Shown here one piece after another: positions 27,912 through 36,156 of a DNA stretch of 38,734 bases (the first letter of the stretch is position 1; every line of letters starts with the position of its first letter). The notes beneath the pieces were generated by a model. The model was given only the letters and a program-made list of their open reading frames with translations. It was not told the origin of the DNA and searched no databases. Source of the stretch: a virus (Duplodnaviria > Caudoviricetes); the IMG/VR virus record IMGVR_UViG_3300014201_000016, positions 1-38,734 of that record; one strand, written 5' to 3'. The translations under genes and the position numbers were made by a program.

Positions 27912-28171
27912 CGGCCATCCTCTTTGGCCGCGATCTCAAGTTGAGGTAGAAGAGCTCCAGACTTATCCAGAGGTTTACCGGTGTGTCTCGTTTCGACCAC
28001 GGATAGCTCTGCTTGAGTATTCACAGCTCCTTGAGAAGCTGGAGACAGAGCGCTTTTACCCTCCAGACACTTCACCTCAGCTTGAGGGATTAGAGGTTGA
28101 GACGCGGATAGAGGTAAAGCCGTCCTTTGGCTCTCCAAAGCATCCTCATGTCCGCAGAGAGGACATCTCAT
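27908..28171 (-). CDS. hypothetical protein with N-terminal CxxC
   Basis: MRCPLCGH; GGAG RBS; 4-nt overlaps at both ends. Confidence 0.5.
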   Translation of the reverse strand: MRCPLCGHEDALESQRTALPLSASQPLIPQAEVKCLEGKSALSPASQGAVNTQAELSVVETRHTGKPLDKSGALLPQLEIAAKEDGR

Positions 28172-28344
28172 TTATTCCTCTCCAAAGGCACATCCCTCCA
28201 TTCTCCACCCTCATATCCGTCTCGCTTCCAGAACTGCTGTAACGCAAGCCAGGTTCTAACTTCTGAAGTCGTGATGTTCTCGCGTTCCACGAATCGGAGC
28301 TGCGCCGTCGGATACCAGTTACCGGGACGGCGCTTGTTCTTCAA
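28168..28344 (-). CDS. small phage protein (TTG start, 58 aa)
   Basis: PTAQLRFVER...LQQFW...EWRDVP; TTG overlaps the upstream stop, AGGA RBS. Confidence 0.55.
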   Translation of the reverse strand: MKNKRRPGNWYPTAQLRFVERENITTSEVRTWLALQQFWKRDGYEGGEWRDVPLERNK

Positions 28345-29066
28345 TAGTTCCTCAGCACAAAGGCGTAGTTGCCTGCAATTCCACCACTGATACCCGTCTG
28401 AGCGACCTGAGTGCTTGCAATAGTCAGAGGCAGAGCTCCGGAGGTCGTCGTGTAAACGCCCTGGAAGTAGTTCAGACCCTGAGCACTTGAAGTAACCGCC
28501 GTGATCTCGGCGTAATTCGTCGCACTTAGTCCCAGTCCGCACTGATGCGACATCGAGAATCCCAGAGCTGTCGTCGAAAGACCCACACTGGATTGACTCG
28601 TGGACATGTTAAAGGCGACGTAGTACTCACCTGGAGACATATTAATGTTGATGGGAACTGAAACCGGTCTCAAACCCGCAGTAATGAACTGAGTGTTTCC
28701 AGCGGTTCCAGAAGCATAACTATAGGTCGTCTGGGTAGAGCCCCAGGACAAAAGCGATGCTGCAGTCGTGGAACCCGCAGTGTTAGTGCTCAAGAAAGAA
28801 CTGTAGACACCGGCGTTAGCCGTGATTGCGATTGCAGCGGTTGCAGTCGTCGCAGCAGAAGCTGCGATGATATTGAGCAACGCATCCATCCGGGTTGCAG
28901 TGACCGGATAGTTACAAGGGAAATAGTTGAGAAGAATATCTCCGTTCACCGCTGCAAAGGTGACGGTAGAAACCTGGTTCGGCCAGACTACTCTTTGTAG
29001 AGGACCGGTAGATACATAAAGTTCGGTATTCGGGATACCGGCAATTGCTGGGCCTGGATTGGCCAT
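28341..29066 (-). CDS. Ser/Thr-rich virion protein
   Basis: Follows the portal; AGGAG RBS; begins MANPGPA. Confidence 0.75.
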   Translation of the reverse strand: MANPGPAIAGIPNTELYVSTGPLQRVVWPNQVSTVTFAAVNGDILLNYFPCNYPVTATRMDALLNIIAASAATTATAAIAITANAGVYSSFLSTNTAGSTTAASLLSWGSTQTTYSYASGTAGNTQFITAGLRPVSVPININMSPGEYYVAFNMSTSQSSVGLSTTALGFSMSHQCGLGLSATNYAEITAVTSSAQGLNYFQGVYTTTSGALPLTIASTQVAQTGISGGIAGNYAFVLRNY

Positions 29067-31205
29067 TTAAGTCTCCTGAGATTGGTTTTCGCCCTTCTTC
29101 AGAGCGTGCTTGGCGGCCTCAATGTCATATTTGCCGCCGACATGGGTATCTAGAATCTTGCCTGCCGCGCCAATCTCGGCCACTGCGATACTTGCTTGTG
29201 CCTTCGTATGGGTATCGTGCATCTTGGTTTGAGCCTCGGTCACGATATCCGCACGCTTGGTCTGTTCCGTGAGTGCGTGTCGCTGCGTTTCCGCCTGTTC
29301 CTGCATCTGAGTGATGCCGCCCTTGTACTTCAGTTCTAACTGAAGATGCTGAATAACCTGTTGAGCCTGGGTCAACTGTTGCTGCATTGCCGTGACAATG
29401 CCTTGAGCTTCTTTAGGAAGCTGCTTAATGGCCTGTTCTAGCCCTTGTGGGGTGAGCGGAGCCAGACGATCAGCCAGATCGTCAGCCCCAGCAAAATCCA
29501 TATTACGAACGATGAGATCAGCCCCCACTTTAGCAATGGGCTCGGCGAGAGGGGTCTTGAGTAGATCAAGCATGGCTTCTGCCCCTTCCAACCGTTTCGT
29601 CTCATATCCTGGCCCTGTATCCATGACGACGTCATATCTTCCTACCGTCACGTCGTTCTTGATGATGGTTAAGGTCGGGTCCTGAGGATTCGGAGCTCGC
29701 TCATTGATCTTCACCATCTGAGGGACCCCGTCTTCTCCCACAATCCTCTGCATCCTCTCCTCGGAGTAATAGTGAGGGATGAGATCGAGCAGAATCCGCC
29801 CCGTATGAGCTATTGCTCTGGTCTGATTGTCGTAGTACTGGAAATGACTGATATCTGAAAGAGTCTGTCTGCGTTCCAGAGCGACGCCGGAAACAACCTC
29901 ACCAGGCTTATCCTGGCCGGGCTCATGAGGCATTCCCGCGAGGGCCATCAAGTCCTTGCCTGCACTCTCTGCCGCCCCCACGAAGCCCGCGGGGATTGCT
30001 ACAGGCTCGGTTCTGATGGGGGGCGGCAGAGGTGTTTTGGTGCCATCCGGTTGCTCGAGGAAGGCCGGATTGTAGACCAGAGCCTTATAGGGCTTCTGGT
30101 TCGCATCGTTCCACTCGTTATGACCGTCGAAATGCTCTGCGGTCCCTAACCATGGGGCCAGGGGGGCGAGAGCTATGGTCTCAGTCTCCTTCGTTCTCCA
30201 ATAGTTGTACATCCTCTGGGCATCCATCATGTCCATGACCATGCCCCGCCGTCGCACCTCACCGTTGAGGTCTAGACGGTTCCCTTCACAACGGACTATG
30301 GGAATCCAGTGACCGGGTAGTTCTACCTTTTCGACTACGGTCGTACCGTTGATGCGATACCACTCGATCTGTCTGCGATAGGTGGGACGCTTGATGTCAT
30401 CCCCCCTAAGATTCTTTGCAACACCTCCGTGGCGCTCGGGAACATAGAGGCTTTGATAGACAGACCCTCCTGATTGGAGCTTGAGGAGCGTGTCCTTTTT
30501 CTTGGCGATCCGGAAGTATTCAGCAAGCCGGATTTGCTCCTTGGTTTGCCAGTCCTTGAATTCATCCCCTGTTGCTCCTTCTCGCCATTCCGTTTGTTCA
30601 TCATCCGGATACTTACGCTCATACTCTGATCGCTTCATCATCTCCGAGACGATGCACCATTCCATATCCTCGCCCGAGGGTTGGATAGAGGCTGGATCGA
30701 TATAAACAGTAAAGGGATTCATGACCGGCAGCAAAATCAGCTCCTGCTGATCGACAGAATCCTTCACCCATTCCGATAAGACTCTCCAGTATCCCCAGCC
30801 GATCTTGACCGAGAATTCGCCCCCGGTGTCATACGCCACTCCAGCGTGACTATGAGTCTCGATGTGGCGGATGAGACCGGAAATCTTCCTCGCTATATCA
30901 ATATCAGCCCCTTCCCCCACCGGATGCACTTTGATCCGGGGTCTCTGCTGTCTCATGTTATTCACCACCCGTCGCACCATGGTACGGGTGTGATTGATGG
31001 TCAGAGTGGGTCGGCGAGATATCTTACGGAGATTGCAGAGATCATCCGGCCATTGTTGGCCATCCTCGAACTGCAGGGCTAGAACAGCGTTGTTTCTGTT
31101 CTCACCCTCTGCTTGTTGTGCAATGCGCAATCGGTCTGCACATTCAGCGAAGATTTCAGTATCTGTTATGGCTTCTTTGTGGGATTCGGCCGGGATTATG
31201 GGCAT
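29067..31205 (-). CDS. portal protein, P22 gp1-like
   Basis: F..GQQWP...RPTLTINH...VVN..RQ.RP.IKV.P, DAQRMYNYW, SGVAL..RQ, GRYDVVMDTGPGY.TKR.E. Confidence 0.95.
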   Translation of the reverse strand: MPIIPAESHKEAITDTEIFAECADRLRIAQQAEGENRNNAVLALQFEDGQQWPDDLCNLRKISRRPTLTINHTRTMVRRVVNNMRQQRPRIKVHPVGEGADIDIARKISGLIRHIETHSHAGVAYDTGGEFSVKIGWGYWRVLSEWVKDSVDQQELILLPVMNPFTVYIDPASIQPSGEDMEWCIVSEMMKRSEYERKYPDDEQTEWREGATGDEFKDWQTKEQIRLAEYFRIAKKKDTLLKLQSGGSVYQSLYVPERHGGVAKNLRGDDIKRPTYRRQIEWYRINGTTVVEKVELPGHWIPIVRCEGNRLDLNGEVRRRGMVMDMMDAQRMYNYWRTKETETIALAPLAPWLGTAEHFDGHNEWNDANQKPYKALVYNPAFLEQPDGTKTPLPPPIRTEPVAIPAGFVGAAESAGKDLMALAGMPHEPGQDKPGEVVSGVALERRQTLSDISHFQYYDNQTRAIAHTGRILLDLIPHYYSEERMQRIVGEDGVPQMVKINERAPNPQDPTLTIIKNDVTVGRYDVVMDTGPGYETKRLEGAEAMLDLLKTPLAEPIAKVGADLIVRNMDFAGADDLADRLAPLTPQGLEQAIKQLPKEAQGIVTAMQQQLTQAQQVIQHLQLELKYKGGITQMQEQAETQRHALTEQTKRADIVTEAQTKMHDTHTKAQASIAVAEIGAAGKILDTHVGGKYDIEAAKHALKKGENQSQET

Positions 31206-31265
31206 CTAGCTGATCTAATGTACGATGGCGTACATAACTTGATTTTCCCTATGATAGGCTTTCAG

Positions 31266-31325
31266 AGCTAGCAACGGATGACCCCCGGGGTGGCCGGGTA
31301 GCGCACCGAGACTGCCCCGGGGGTC
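31266..31325. promoter_or_regulatory. hairpin motif, copy A
   Basis: AGCTAGC, then 11-bp stem GACCCCCGGGG/CCCCGGGGGTC enclosing GGTAGCGCACCGAG. Confidence 0.6.
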
Positions 31326-31329
31326 CACT

Positions 31330-32778
31330 TCAAGTATCCATCCAGGAAAGACCATCGTGTCTCGGAGGGATACTCAAGATAGGCTCCTGGACTTTAGATC
31401 GCTGAATCTGAGGCGGTTTAGCAAACTCCAATCCCCTCCCAATGAGGCTGCATACGTCCACGCCATCATCGTATTTCCCTGCTGGAAATCTCATCAGCTG
31501 CCCCATAAGGGTTGGGAGCCAGGCGGAATGCGTCGGCATAAAGACATTCCCCATCGCCGCACGAGCCTGAAATGCTCTTGCGCGCACAACCTTGTCCGCA
31601 ATCGAGGGCAGCCATTCGAGCCTGCAGGGAGTGAGCCGCTCGGACATGCGCCTCTTCAAGAACGGCTCTATAGCTTTGCGGATTGGACCTGATTCGCCGA
31701 ACCAGATCAGGGGTTGCCATCGGGCTATCAGGTCGCACTGTCGCTCGATCCAGACGTTAGATGCAGCTTGTTCTCGCCACCAGTCAAGAACATACAAATC
31801 CCCATTGTGGTCGAGTCCGAAAATACCATGCTCAGTGTAGTCCCCTCCGCCTTCAGTGACAGCGTAGTCACTGGCTCCGTAGATGTGCATGGTTTGGGGG
31901 GCTGTGGCGTATTCGTTGAAGTGCTCTCGTTTGAAGTAGTCTCCATCTTCAGGAGCAGGGTCTTGCTGGTAAAGAGCATTCCAAGCCCTGACATCCATCC
32001 TTGCGGTTTTAACCATTTCATCCGTAAACCACTCGGGCCACAGTCTCTCGCCTTCCTTTCGTCCCAGAGGATCATTCTCTACTGCGAGCATGGGAAGCTT
32101 CAGGATTTCCCATCGGTTTCCCTCTCGCTCGAGGATTCGTCCTGAGAGATCAGCTTCATGCCATCGGGTCTGGATAACAATCTGCGGAGCTCCAGGAAGA
32201 AGCCGCGTGAGGAAATCATTGAGATACCAGTCCCAATGTTTCTCTCTGACACGCTCCGAATCCGCTTCTTCCCTACTCTTGACAGGGTCGTCGATAAGGC
32301 CGAGACCAGCTCGCCTTCCTGCGATAGCACTACCGATACCAGCAGCGAAGAATTCTCCCCCTTTCTCATTCTCCCAACTTCCCGCTGATTTACTGTCTTC
32401 GTTACAACCAAAACCAAAGACGTTCCGATAGCGATTGCTCGCTACGATGTTCCTTGCTCGTCGGGAGAATCGTTCGGCGAGTTCTGTCGTGTTTGAAACG
32501 CCCAGGAGCGGAGTACTGAAATGTCTTCCCATGTAATAGGGCGGGAAGAGAACGGAAGCATACGTGCTTTTAGCTGAGCCCGGAGGCATCCAGACCATGA
32601 GTCGCTCGAGTTCCCCCCTGACAATAGCCTCAAGGCGTTCGATAAGAAGCTTGTGGTGCCTGGAAGGGGATGGAGTGATTCCAAGATATTCAATGAAGCT
32701 CGCCAGGCTCTTCGCCGCCTGTCGGCGCGCTAGAAGTTCCGATGCGGCCTCCTGTGGCGATAGAGGCGAGCTCAGCAT
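31330..32778 (-). CDS. terL: terminase large subunit
   Basis: MPPGSAKS Walker A, LIDDPVK Walker B, QTRWHEADL, ALYQQ.P, SDYA, FP.GKYDD.VD; exact start uncertain. Confidence 0.95.
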   Translation of the reverse strand: MLSSPLSPQEAASELLARRQAAKSLASFIEYLGITPSPSRHHKLLIERLEAIVRGELERLMVWMPPGSAKSTYASVLFPPYYMGRHFSTPLLGVSNTTELAERFSRRARNIVASNRYRNVFGFGCNEDSKSAGSWENEKGGEFFAAGIGSAIAGRRAGLGLIDDPVKSREEADSERVREKHWDWYLNDFLTRLLPGAPQIVIQTRWHEADLSGRILEREGNRWEILKLPMLAVENDPLGRKEGERLWPEWFTDEMVKTARMDVRAWNALYQQDPAPEDGDYFKREHFNEYATAPQTMHIYGASDYAVTEGGGDYTEHGIFGLDHNGDLYVLDWWREQAASNVWIERQCDLIARWQPLIWFGESGPIRKAIEPFLKRRMSERLTPCRLEWLPSIADKVVRARAFQARAAMGNVFMPTHSAWLPTLMGQLMRFPAGKYDDGVDVCSLIGRGLEFAKPPQIQRSKVQEPILSIPPRHDGLSWMDT

Positions 32779-32983
32779 CGCTGAGTTCAGTTGCGTCACG
32801 GATCGTAAACTCTCCGATGACCTCGCTGGGAATTAGCCGGCCATATAGCTTATAGAACTCCGTCAGATTCTCTCTTGCCCAATCTGCCATTGCTGCTGTG
32901 CCACCGAGTCTCGTGAATACAGCAACAATGTTCTCTTTGACTTGAGCGCCTAATCTATTCTTTGCACCTAGGGGTCTAGCCAT
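32690..32983 (-). CDS. terS: terminase small subunit
   Basis: RPLGAKNR...VF..LGG...M..WA.EN..EFYKLY.RLIP; directly upstream of terL. Confidence 0.7.
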   Translation of the reverse strand: MARPLGAKNRLGAQVKENIVAVFTRLGGTAAMADWARENLTEFYKLYGRLIPSEVIGEFTIRDATELSDAELASIATGGRIGTSSAPTGGEEPGELH

Positions 32984-33006
32984 AATTTACTGCTTAAGCA
33001 GATGAT

Positions 33007-33243
33007 TTACCTTGTACTCGGCCAGCGATCGAATCTCGGCTGATAAACCGTTACTCCACCTGAATCATTGGGAATCTCGAAATGTCTTCCCATGTTCTCT
33101 TCCCTCTGCGTCAAGGTATCAATCTGTTCCAGGATTGAGAGTAACTGCTTCTGGACTTCTTTCATGCTGTTCTGCAATAGAAATACGTCTTGCTCTAGTT
33201 TCTCGATCCTGGGAATGACTTTGGGTGGGCCTCTTTTGGACAC
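33007..33243 (-). CDS. hypothetical coiled-coil protein
   Basis: 78 aa, GAGG RBS, GTG start. Confidence 0.55.
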   Translation of the reverse strand: MSKRGPPKVIPRIEKLEQDVFLLQNSMKEVQKQLLSILEQIDTLTQREENMGRHFEIPNDSGGVTVYQPRFDRWPSTR

Positions 33244-33353
33244 GAAACCTCACATTCAATGGAAAAGCCATTGAAACCAGAGCTTTAAACCTCTGTTTGC
33301 ATTCAAGACAAAATGTTAAATATTCAGGACACTCATGACCGCATTGTAAACAT

Positions 33354-33761
33354 CTAGGGGTCGAGAATAGCGGCAACATCGTCTTCGGTGCAGACAACGT
33401 GCTCTTTGGTTCCCCAGATGAATGTTTTGTGGAGATAGCCTTCAAGCTCTAATCCACCGAGCTCTACGATGTCTCCGACTTTGACCTGGGTCGGGACGAA
33501 ATGCTTACTGAGCCACCTTTTGGTCCTCTTCCCTTTCCGACCGTCGTATTTCCAGCCGTATTTTCCGGGACCCACGGCTTTGACTTTGCCCCTAAGTGTT
33601 CGGCCACGGTAGACGACGCTGATAATGTCACTGGGGCGCCATTCAAGCGGTTCAATGATGATCTGATTAAGTATCGGGCGTAAGCTTGAGGACTCAGGGA
33701 TAACCTCGGACGATTCATTGCCGATTCGAGTCCCAGCAACAACCGGACCACCAAAGCTCAT
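33354..33761 (-). CDS. GroES/Cpn10-like co-chaperonin
   Basis: LRPI.NQIIIEP...G.VKAVGPG...P..VKVGD.V...EDDVAAIL. Confidence 0.85.
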   Translation of the reverse strand: MSFGGPVVAGTRIGNESSEVIPESSSLRPILNQIIIEPLEWRPSDIISVVYRGRTLRGKVKAVGPGKYGWKYDGRKGKRTKRWLSKHFVPTQVKVGDIVELGGLELEGYLHKTFIWGTKEHVVCTEDDVAAILDP

Positions 33762-33910
33762 GATTTCTTACGGCTTTTCTGCTTTTTCTCGGCATACTCG
33801 GAATACGCAATAGCGGCCCTCTGCTTCTGAGGCCACTTCTGGTCTTTCTTCGCTCCCATGAAGCGGGAAATATATTCGCTAAGGGGCTCGCCCTTATTTG
33901 GGGTTGGCAT
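33758..33910 (-). CDS. small basic phage protein (50 aa, not in ORF track)
   Basis: MPTPNKGEPLSEYISRFMG...WPQKQRAAIAYSEY...; ATGA-coupled to the GroES-like gene. Confidence 0.7.
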   Translation of the reverse strand: MPTPNKGEPLSEYISRFMGAKKDQKWPQKQRAAIAYSEYAEKKQKSRKKS

Positions 33911-33945
33911 AGTCCCTAATTAGCCACGCCAAATGCTCAATAGCC

Positions 33946-34272
33946 TTAGGCATTGTTCTTCGTGGGCTCTACAGTCTTCTTGGACTGAGTCACATCCGAA
34001 GGATCGGTAGCTTTCGTGGAATGGACATTAGACTGATCGACAATTGTCGGAATCTTGACCTGCATTCCAGACTTTCCACCGACATAGTTATATCCAGGTC
34101 CATGACCTCCGGGTCTGAAGCCTGAGGCCTTTCCAGGCTCACCAGCGCCTAGAATCTTGCCTACCTGTCTTGCCCCATTGGTTAGCTCGAAAGCCTTCTC
34201 AGGACGGCCTGAGGAGGTATTCTCGCGGCCGTTGAATCGAGGTTGATTACCGTTTGGGACCCTGGAAGCCAT
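33946..34272 (-). CDS. hypothetical basic, Gly-rich protein
   Basis: Start MASRVPNG at 34272 overlaps the upstream TAA (TAATG). Confidence 0.6.
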   Translation of the reverse strand: MASRVPNGNQPRFNGRENTSSGRPEKAFELTNGARQVGKILGAGEPGKASGFRPGGHGPGYNYVGGKSGMQVKIPTIVDQSNVHSTKATDPSDVTQSKKTVEPTKNNA

Positions 34273-34469
34273 TAACCGAGCTCTCTGACCTTTGAGTGAT
34301 CCGTGCAATCGGAGTCTTTGGGGAGTCGAAATACCACCCCATCCTGATGGCCGCGTTCGCCGGCGTGGTTGTGATCCTCGATTCCTGCAACGGACTTCGG
34401 ATGACCCGATTCCTTCTTCATCCCCTTGTGGCTCGACTTGTTTTCGCCTCCCGGCGGCATATTGGGCAT
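34272..34469 (-). CDS. hypothetical protein
   Basis: 65 aa, GAGG RBS. Confidence 0.55.
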   Translation of the reverse strand: MPNMPPGGENKSSHKGMKKESGHPKSVAGIEDHNHAGERGHQDGVVFRLPKDSDCTDHSKVRELG

Positions 34470-34478
34470 TGAATTTCC

Positions 34479-34865
34479 TCAAGTGACAGAGACACACTCT
34501 AGCCGTTTATTACTCTCCAATTGTCTGACAGTCAAGCCGTATATGCGATGGTACAATATTCGGCGTGCACGACTGACCTTCACACGTAGCGCATTGACGC
34601 TCCAGCGCATCGTCTTGGCCTTCTCGTAGATGTTCCAGTATCCCCCAGAGGGCTTGAGATTAACGGCGTAGAAGACCTGTAATGCGGCCTGGTGCGATTC
34701 TGAGAGTCTCAAGATATGGTAGTGGACCTGCCAGACGGTCTTGGGCATCTCGGCGCAGAGGATTTTGTGGCCCGCCGGCTGATCGGACCAAGTGAGGGTA
34801 TGGCTGGCTTGATGGGGGAGACCCAGGTCCATATGATGACGCTCGTACCAGTCGCCCCATCTCAA
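34479..34865 (-). CDS. Q-like late regulator / sigma-region-4-like protein
   Basis: WG.W N-terminus, I..L.......L...Y, C-terminal HTH-like KA..M..S...L...VSRAR; sits just before the packaging genes. Confidence 0.6.
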   Translation of the reverse strand: MRWGDWYERHHMDLGLPHQASHTLTWSDQPAGHKILCAEMPKTVWQVHYHILRLSESHQAALQVFYAVNLKPSGGYWNIYEKAKTMRWSVNALRVKVSRARRILYHRIYGLTVRQLESNKRLECVSVT

Positions 34866-35269
34866 GAGCCGGCCGTGCAGTTCCTGGTACTCGAGCGAGA
34901 CTCGGATAATCCCTCTCCCTTTCCCTCAGTATTCCATAATCCAAGAGCTCGCTCAATCCACTGTAGAGCTTCCCCGGACTTGATTTGACTCGGTGCAACA
35001 CGAATTAAGCGCCAGCCTAAAATGGCTAATTCGGCGAACTTGCAGTTGTCCTCGAGTACCCCTGCCCCCCTAACGTGACGGCCTCGAGTCCACAAACCGC
35101 CATCCACCTCGATAGCTAATTTCTGTTCCACGTAAGCAATATCCAATCTCCATTGCCTCTTCGGATGAAACTTAAATTCACACACGAATCCAGAGAGTAA
35201 AGGATTAGCGTGTTTAAGTTCCCAGGCTAGTTGATCGGCTTTATCGACTCTCACGAATTCTCCAGACAT
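34862..35269 (-). CDS. PD-(D/E)XK-family endonuclease
   Basis: EFKFHPKRQWRLDIA...KLAIEVDGG...GRH.RG.G...D..K...A..LGWR. Confidence 0.8.
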   Translation of the reverse strand: MSGEFVRVDKADQLAWELKHANPLLSGFVCEFKFHPKRQWRLDIAYVEQKLAIEVDGGLWTRGRHVRGAGVLEDNCKFAELAILGWRLIRVAPSQIKSGEALQWIERALGLWNTEGKGEGLSESRSSTRNCTAGS

Positions 35270-35369
35270 ATTCAGCCCCCTTTCCCATCCGGATCCCAAC
35301 TCCGTGGTGGTACTTAGGCTCCCCAACTCATATTGTTCCTTTAGTGAATCAATGGCATACTGTAGTCCA

Positions 35370-35422
35370 AGCTAGCGTATCCGAGGGCCATCACCAGGTA
35401 GCGCACTGAGCTGGTGGCCCTC
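35370..35422. promoter_or_regulatory. hairpin motif, copy B
   Basis: AGCTAGC, then stem GAGGGCCA.CACCAG/CTGGTGGCCCTC carrying GGTAGCGCACTGAG. Confidence 0.6.
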
Positions 35423-35451
35423 ACTCTAGACATACTCCAACCCCTTTCCGG

Positions 35452-35778
35452 TCATGCAATCCTCTTCCTTCTTTGATGTTTGAAATGCTGTCTTATTAGG
35501 GAACACATTTCATCGAGTGATTTGCACTGCGGCAATCCTCGAATGATGTATGCAATTGGACCGTACTGAAACCATTCTCCATTAGCCGCATATCGATTAA
35601 GTAATTTGTGAAGCACGGCTTCCGTCTGTTCTGCGGCTTTCTCACTTTGACACAGAATTTTAAATAGCATCTTCAGCTTTACAGGATTACCTACCTGAAG
35701 ATCATTCATACGGTCTCGTGGGTTATTGGCTTTCCCAATCTTCACGTACTGATTAGCCTGTATAGCATAGACGTACAT
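35452..35778 (-). CDS. GIY-YIG (T5orf172/MUG113-like) nuclease
   Basis: YVYAI.....VKIG.A.NP.DRM.DLQVGNP...E..LH..L......GEWF; GGAGG RBS before ATG 35778. Confidence 0.85.
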   Translation of the reverse strand: MYVYAIQANQYVKIGKANNPRDRMNDLQVGNPVKLKMLFKILCQSEKAAEQTEAVLHKLLNRYAANGEWFQYGPIAYIIRGLPQCKSLDEMCSLIRQHFKHQRRKRIA

Positions 35779-35792
35779 AGATCCCTCCATGA

Positions 35793-36064
35793 CCCCCCCA
35801 CCCCCCATAATCAAGGGGTTAGGAGGGGCGACCTCCCTGCTTTAGTTTAGACTCGCGCCTGGATATAAGCCCCCAGCGAGTAGTCATCGATGAGGGTCAG
35901 GTGACTAGCCCATATACTTTCGTGCCTCAGACGGGTCCGAAAGCTTGGCCGGGTTGACTTTGGATGTCCGTTAGGCAGAATGTGCCTATCCGGATGCGCC
36001 GCTATCGCTCCGGCCCGGCTGTCAACCGGACCTACGCCCCCTTGGACATAATCCCTGGGGGCGT
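35793..36064 (-). ncRNA. candidate ~270-nt structured RNA ending in G6-T-G7
   Basis: No ORF; many stems (GGTCCG/CGGACC, GTTGAC/GTCAAC, CCGGA/TCCGG, TAGGCA/TGCCTA, ACTCG.CTGG/CCAG.CGAGT); promoter directly upstream. Confidence 0.65.
35954..35981 (+). promoter_or_regulatory. possible antisense sigma70 promoter
   Basis: TTGACT (35954-35959)-16 nt-CAGAAT (35976-35981); -10 imperfect. Confidence 0.45.
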
Positions 36065-36071
36065 TTCTTTT
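36034..36071 (+). terminator. intrinsic terminator on the plus strand
   Basis: ACGCCCCC/GGGGGCGT 8-bp stem with inner GGA/TCC, followed by TTCTTTT. Confidence 0.7.
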
Positions 36072-36097
36072 ATAGTCCTACAGTTTGAGGTAATCAA
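36069..36097 (-). promoter_or_regulatory. sigma70 promoter
   Basis: Minus strand TTGATT-17 nt-TATAAA. Confidence 0.7.
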
Positions 36098-36156
36098 GTC
36101 TGACATAAACTCGGGTTTGACTGTTCCATTAGCGCTACAGTAGACTCATTCTAAGC

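Noticed and set aside
31297-31310. GGTAGCGCAC (also 35397) as a tRNA D-arm or att site
   Set aside because: No acceptor, anticodon or T-arm around either copy; no tRNA gene or integrase was found.
33119-33445. ORF with CxxC...CxxC between the GroES-like gene and 33243
   Set aside because: Overlaps both neighbours extensively and has no clear start; it may be a small real gene but could not be supported.
5064-34629. Numerous short plus-strand ORFs within the late operon
   Set aside because: Antisense to well-supported genes with no motifs; only the 8877-9437 cassette and the 24523 HNH were kept.
35880-35945. Hammerhead-like words (CTGA...GAAA) in the structured region
   Set aside because: The CUGANGA core and three flanking stems could not be assembled on either strand by eye.
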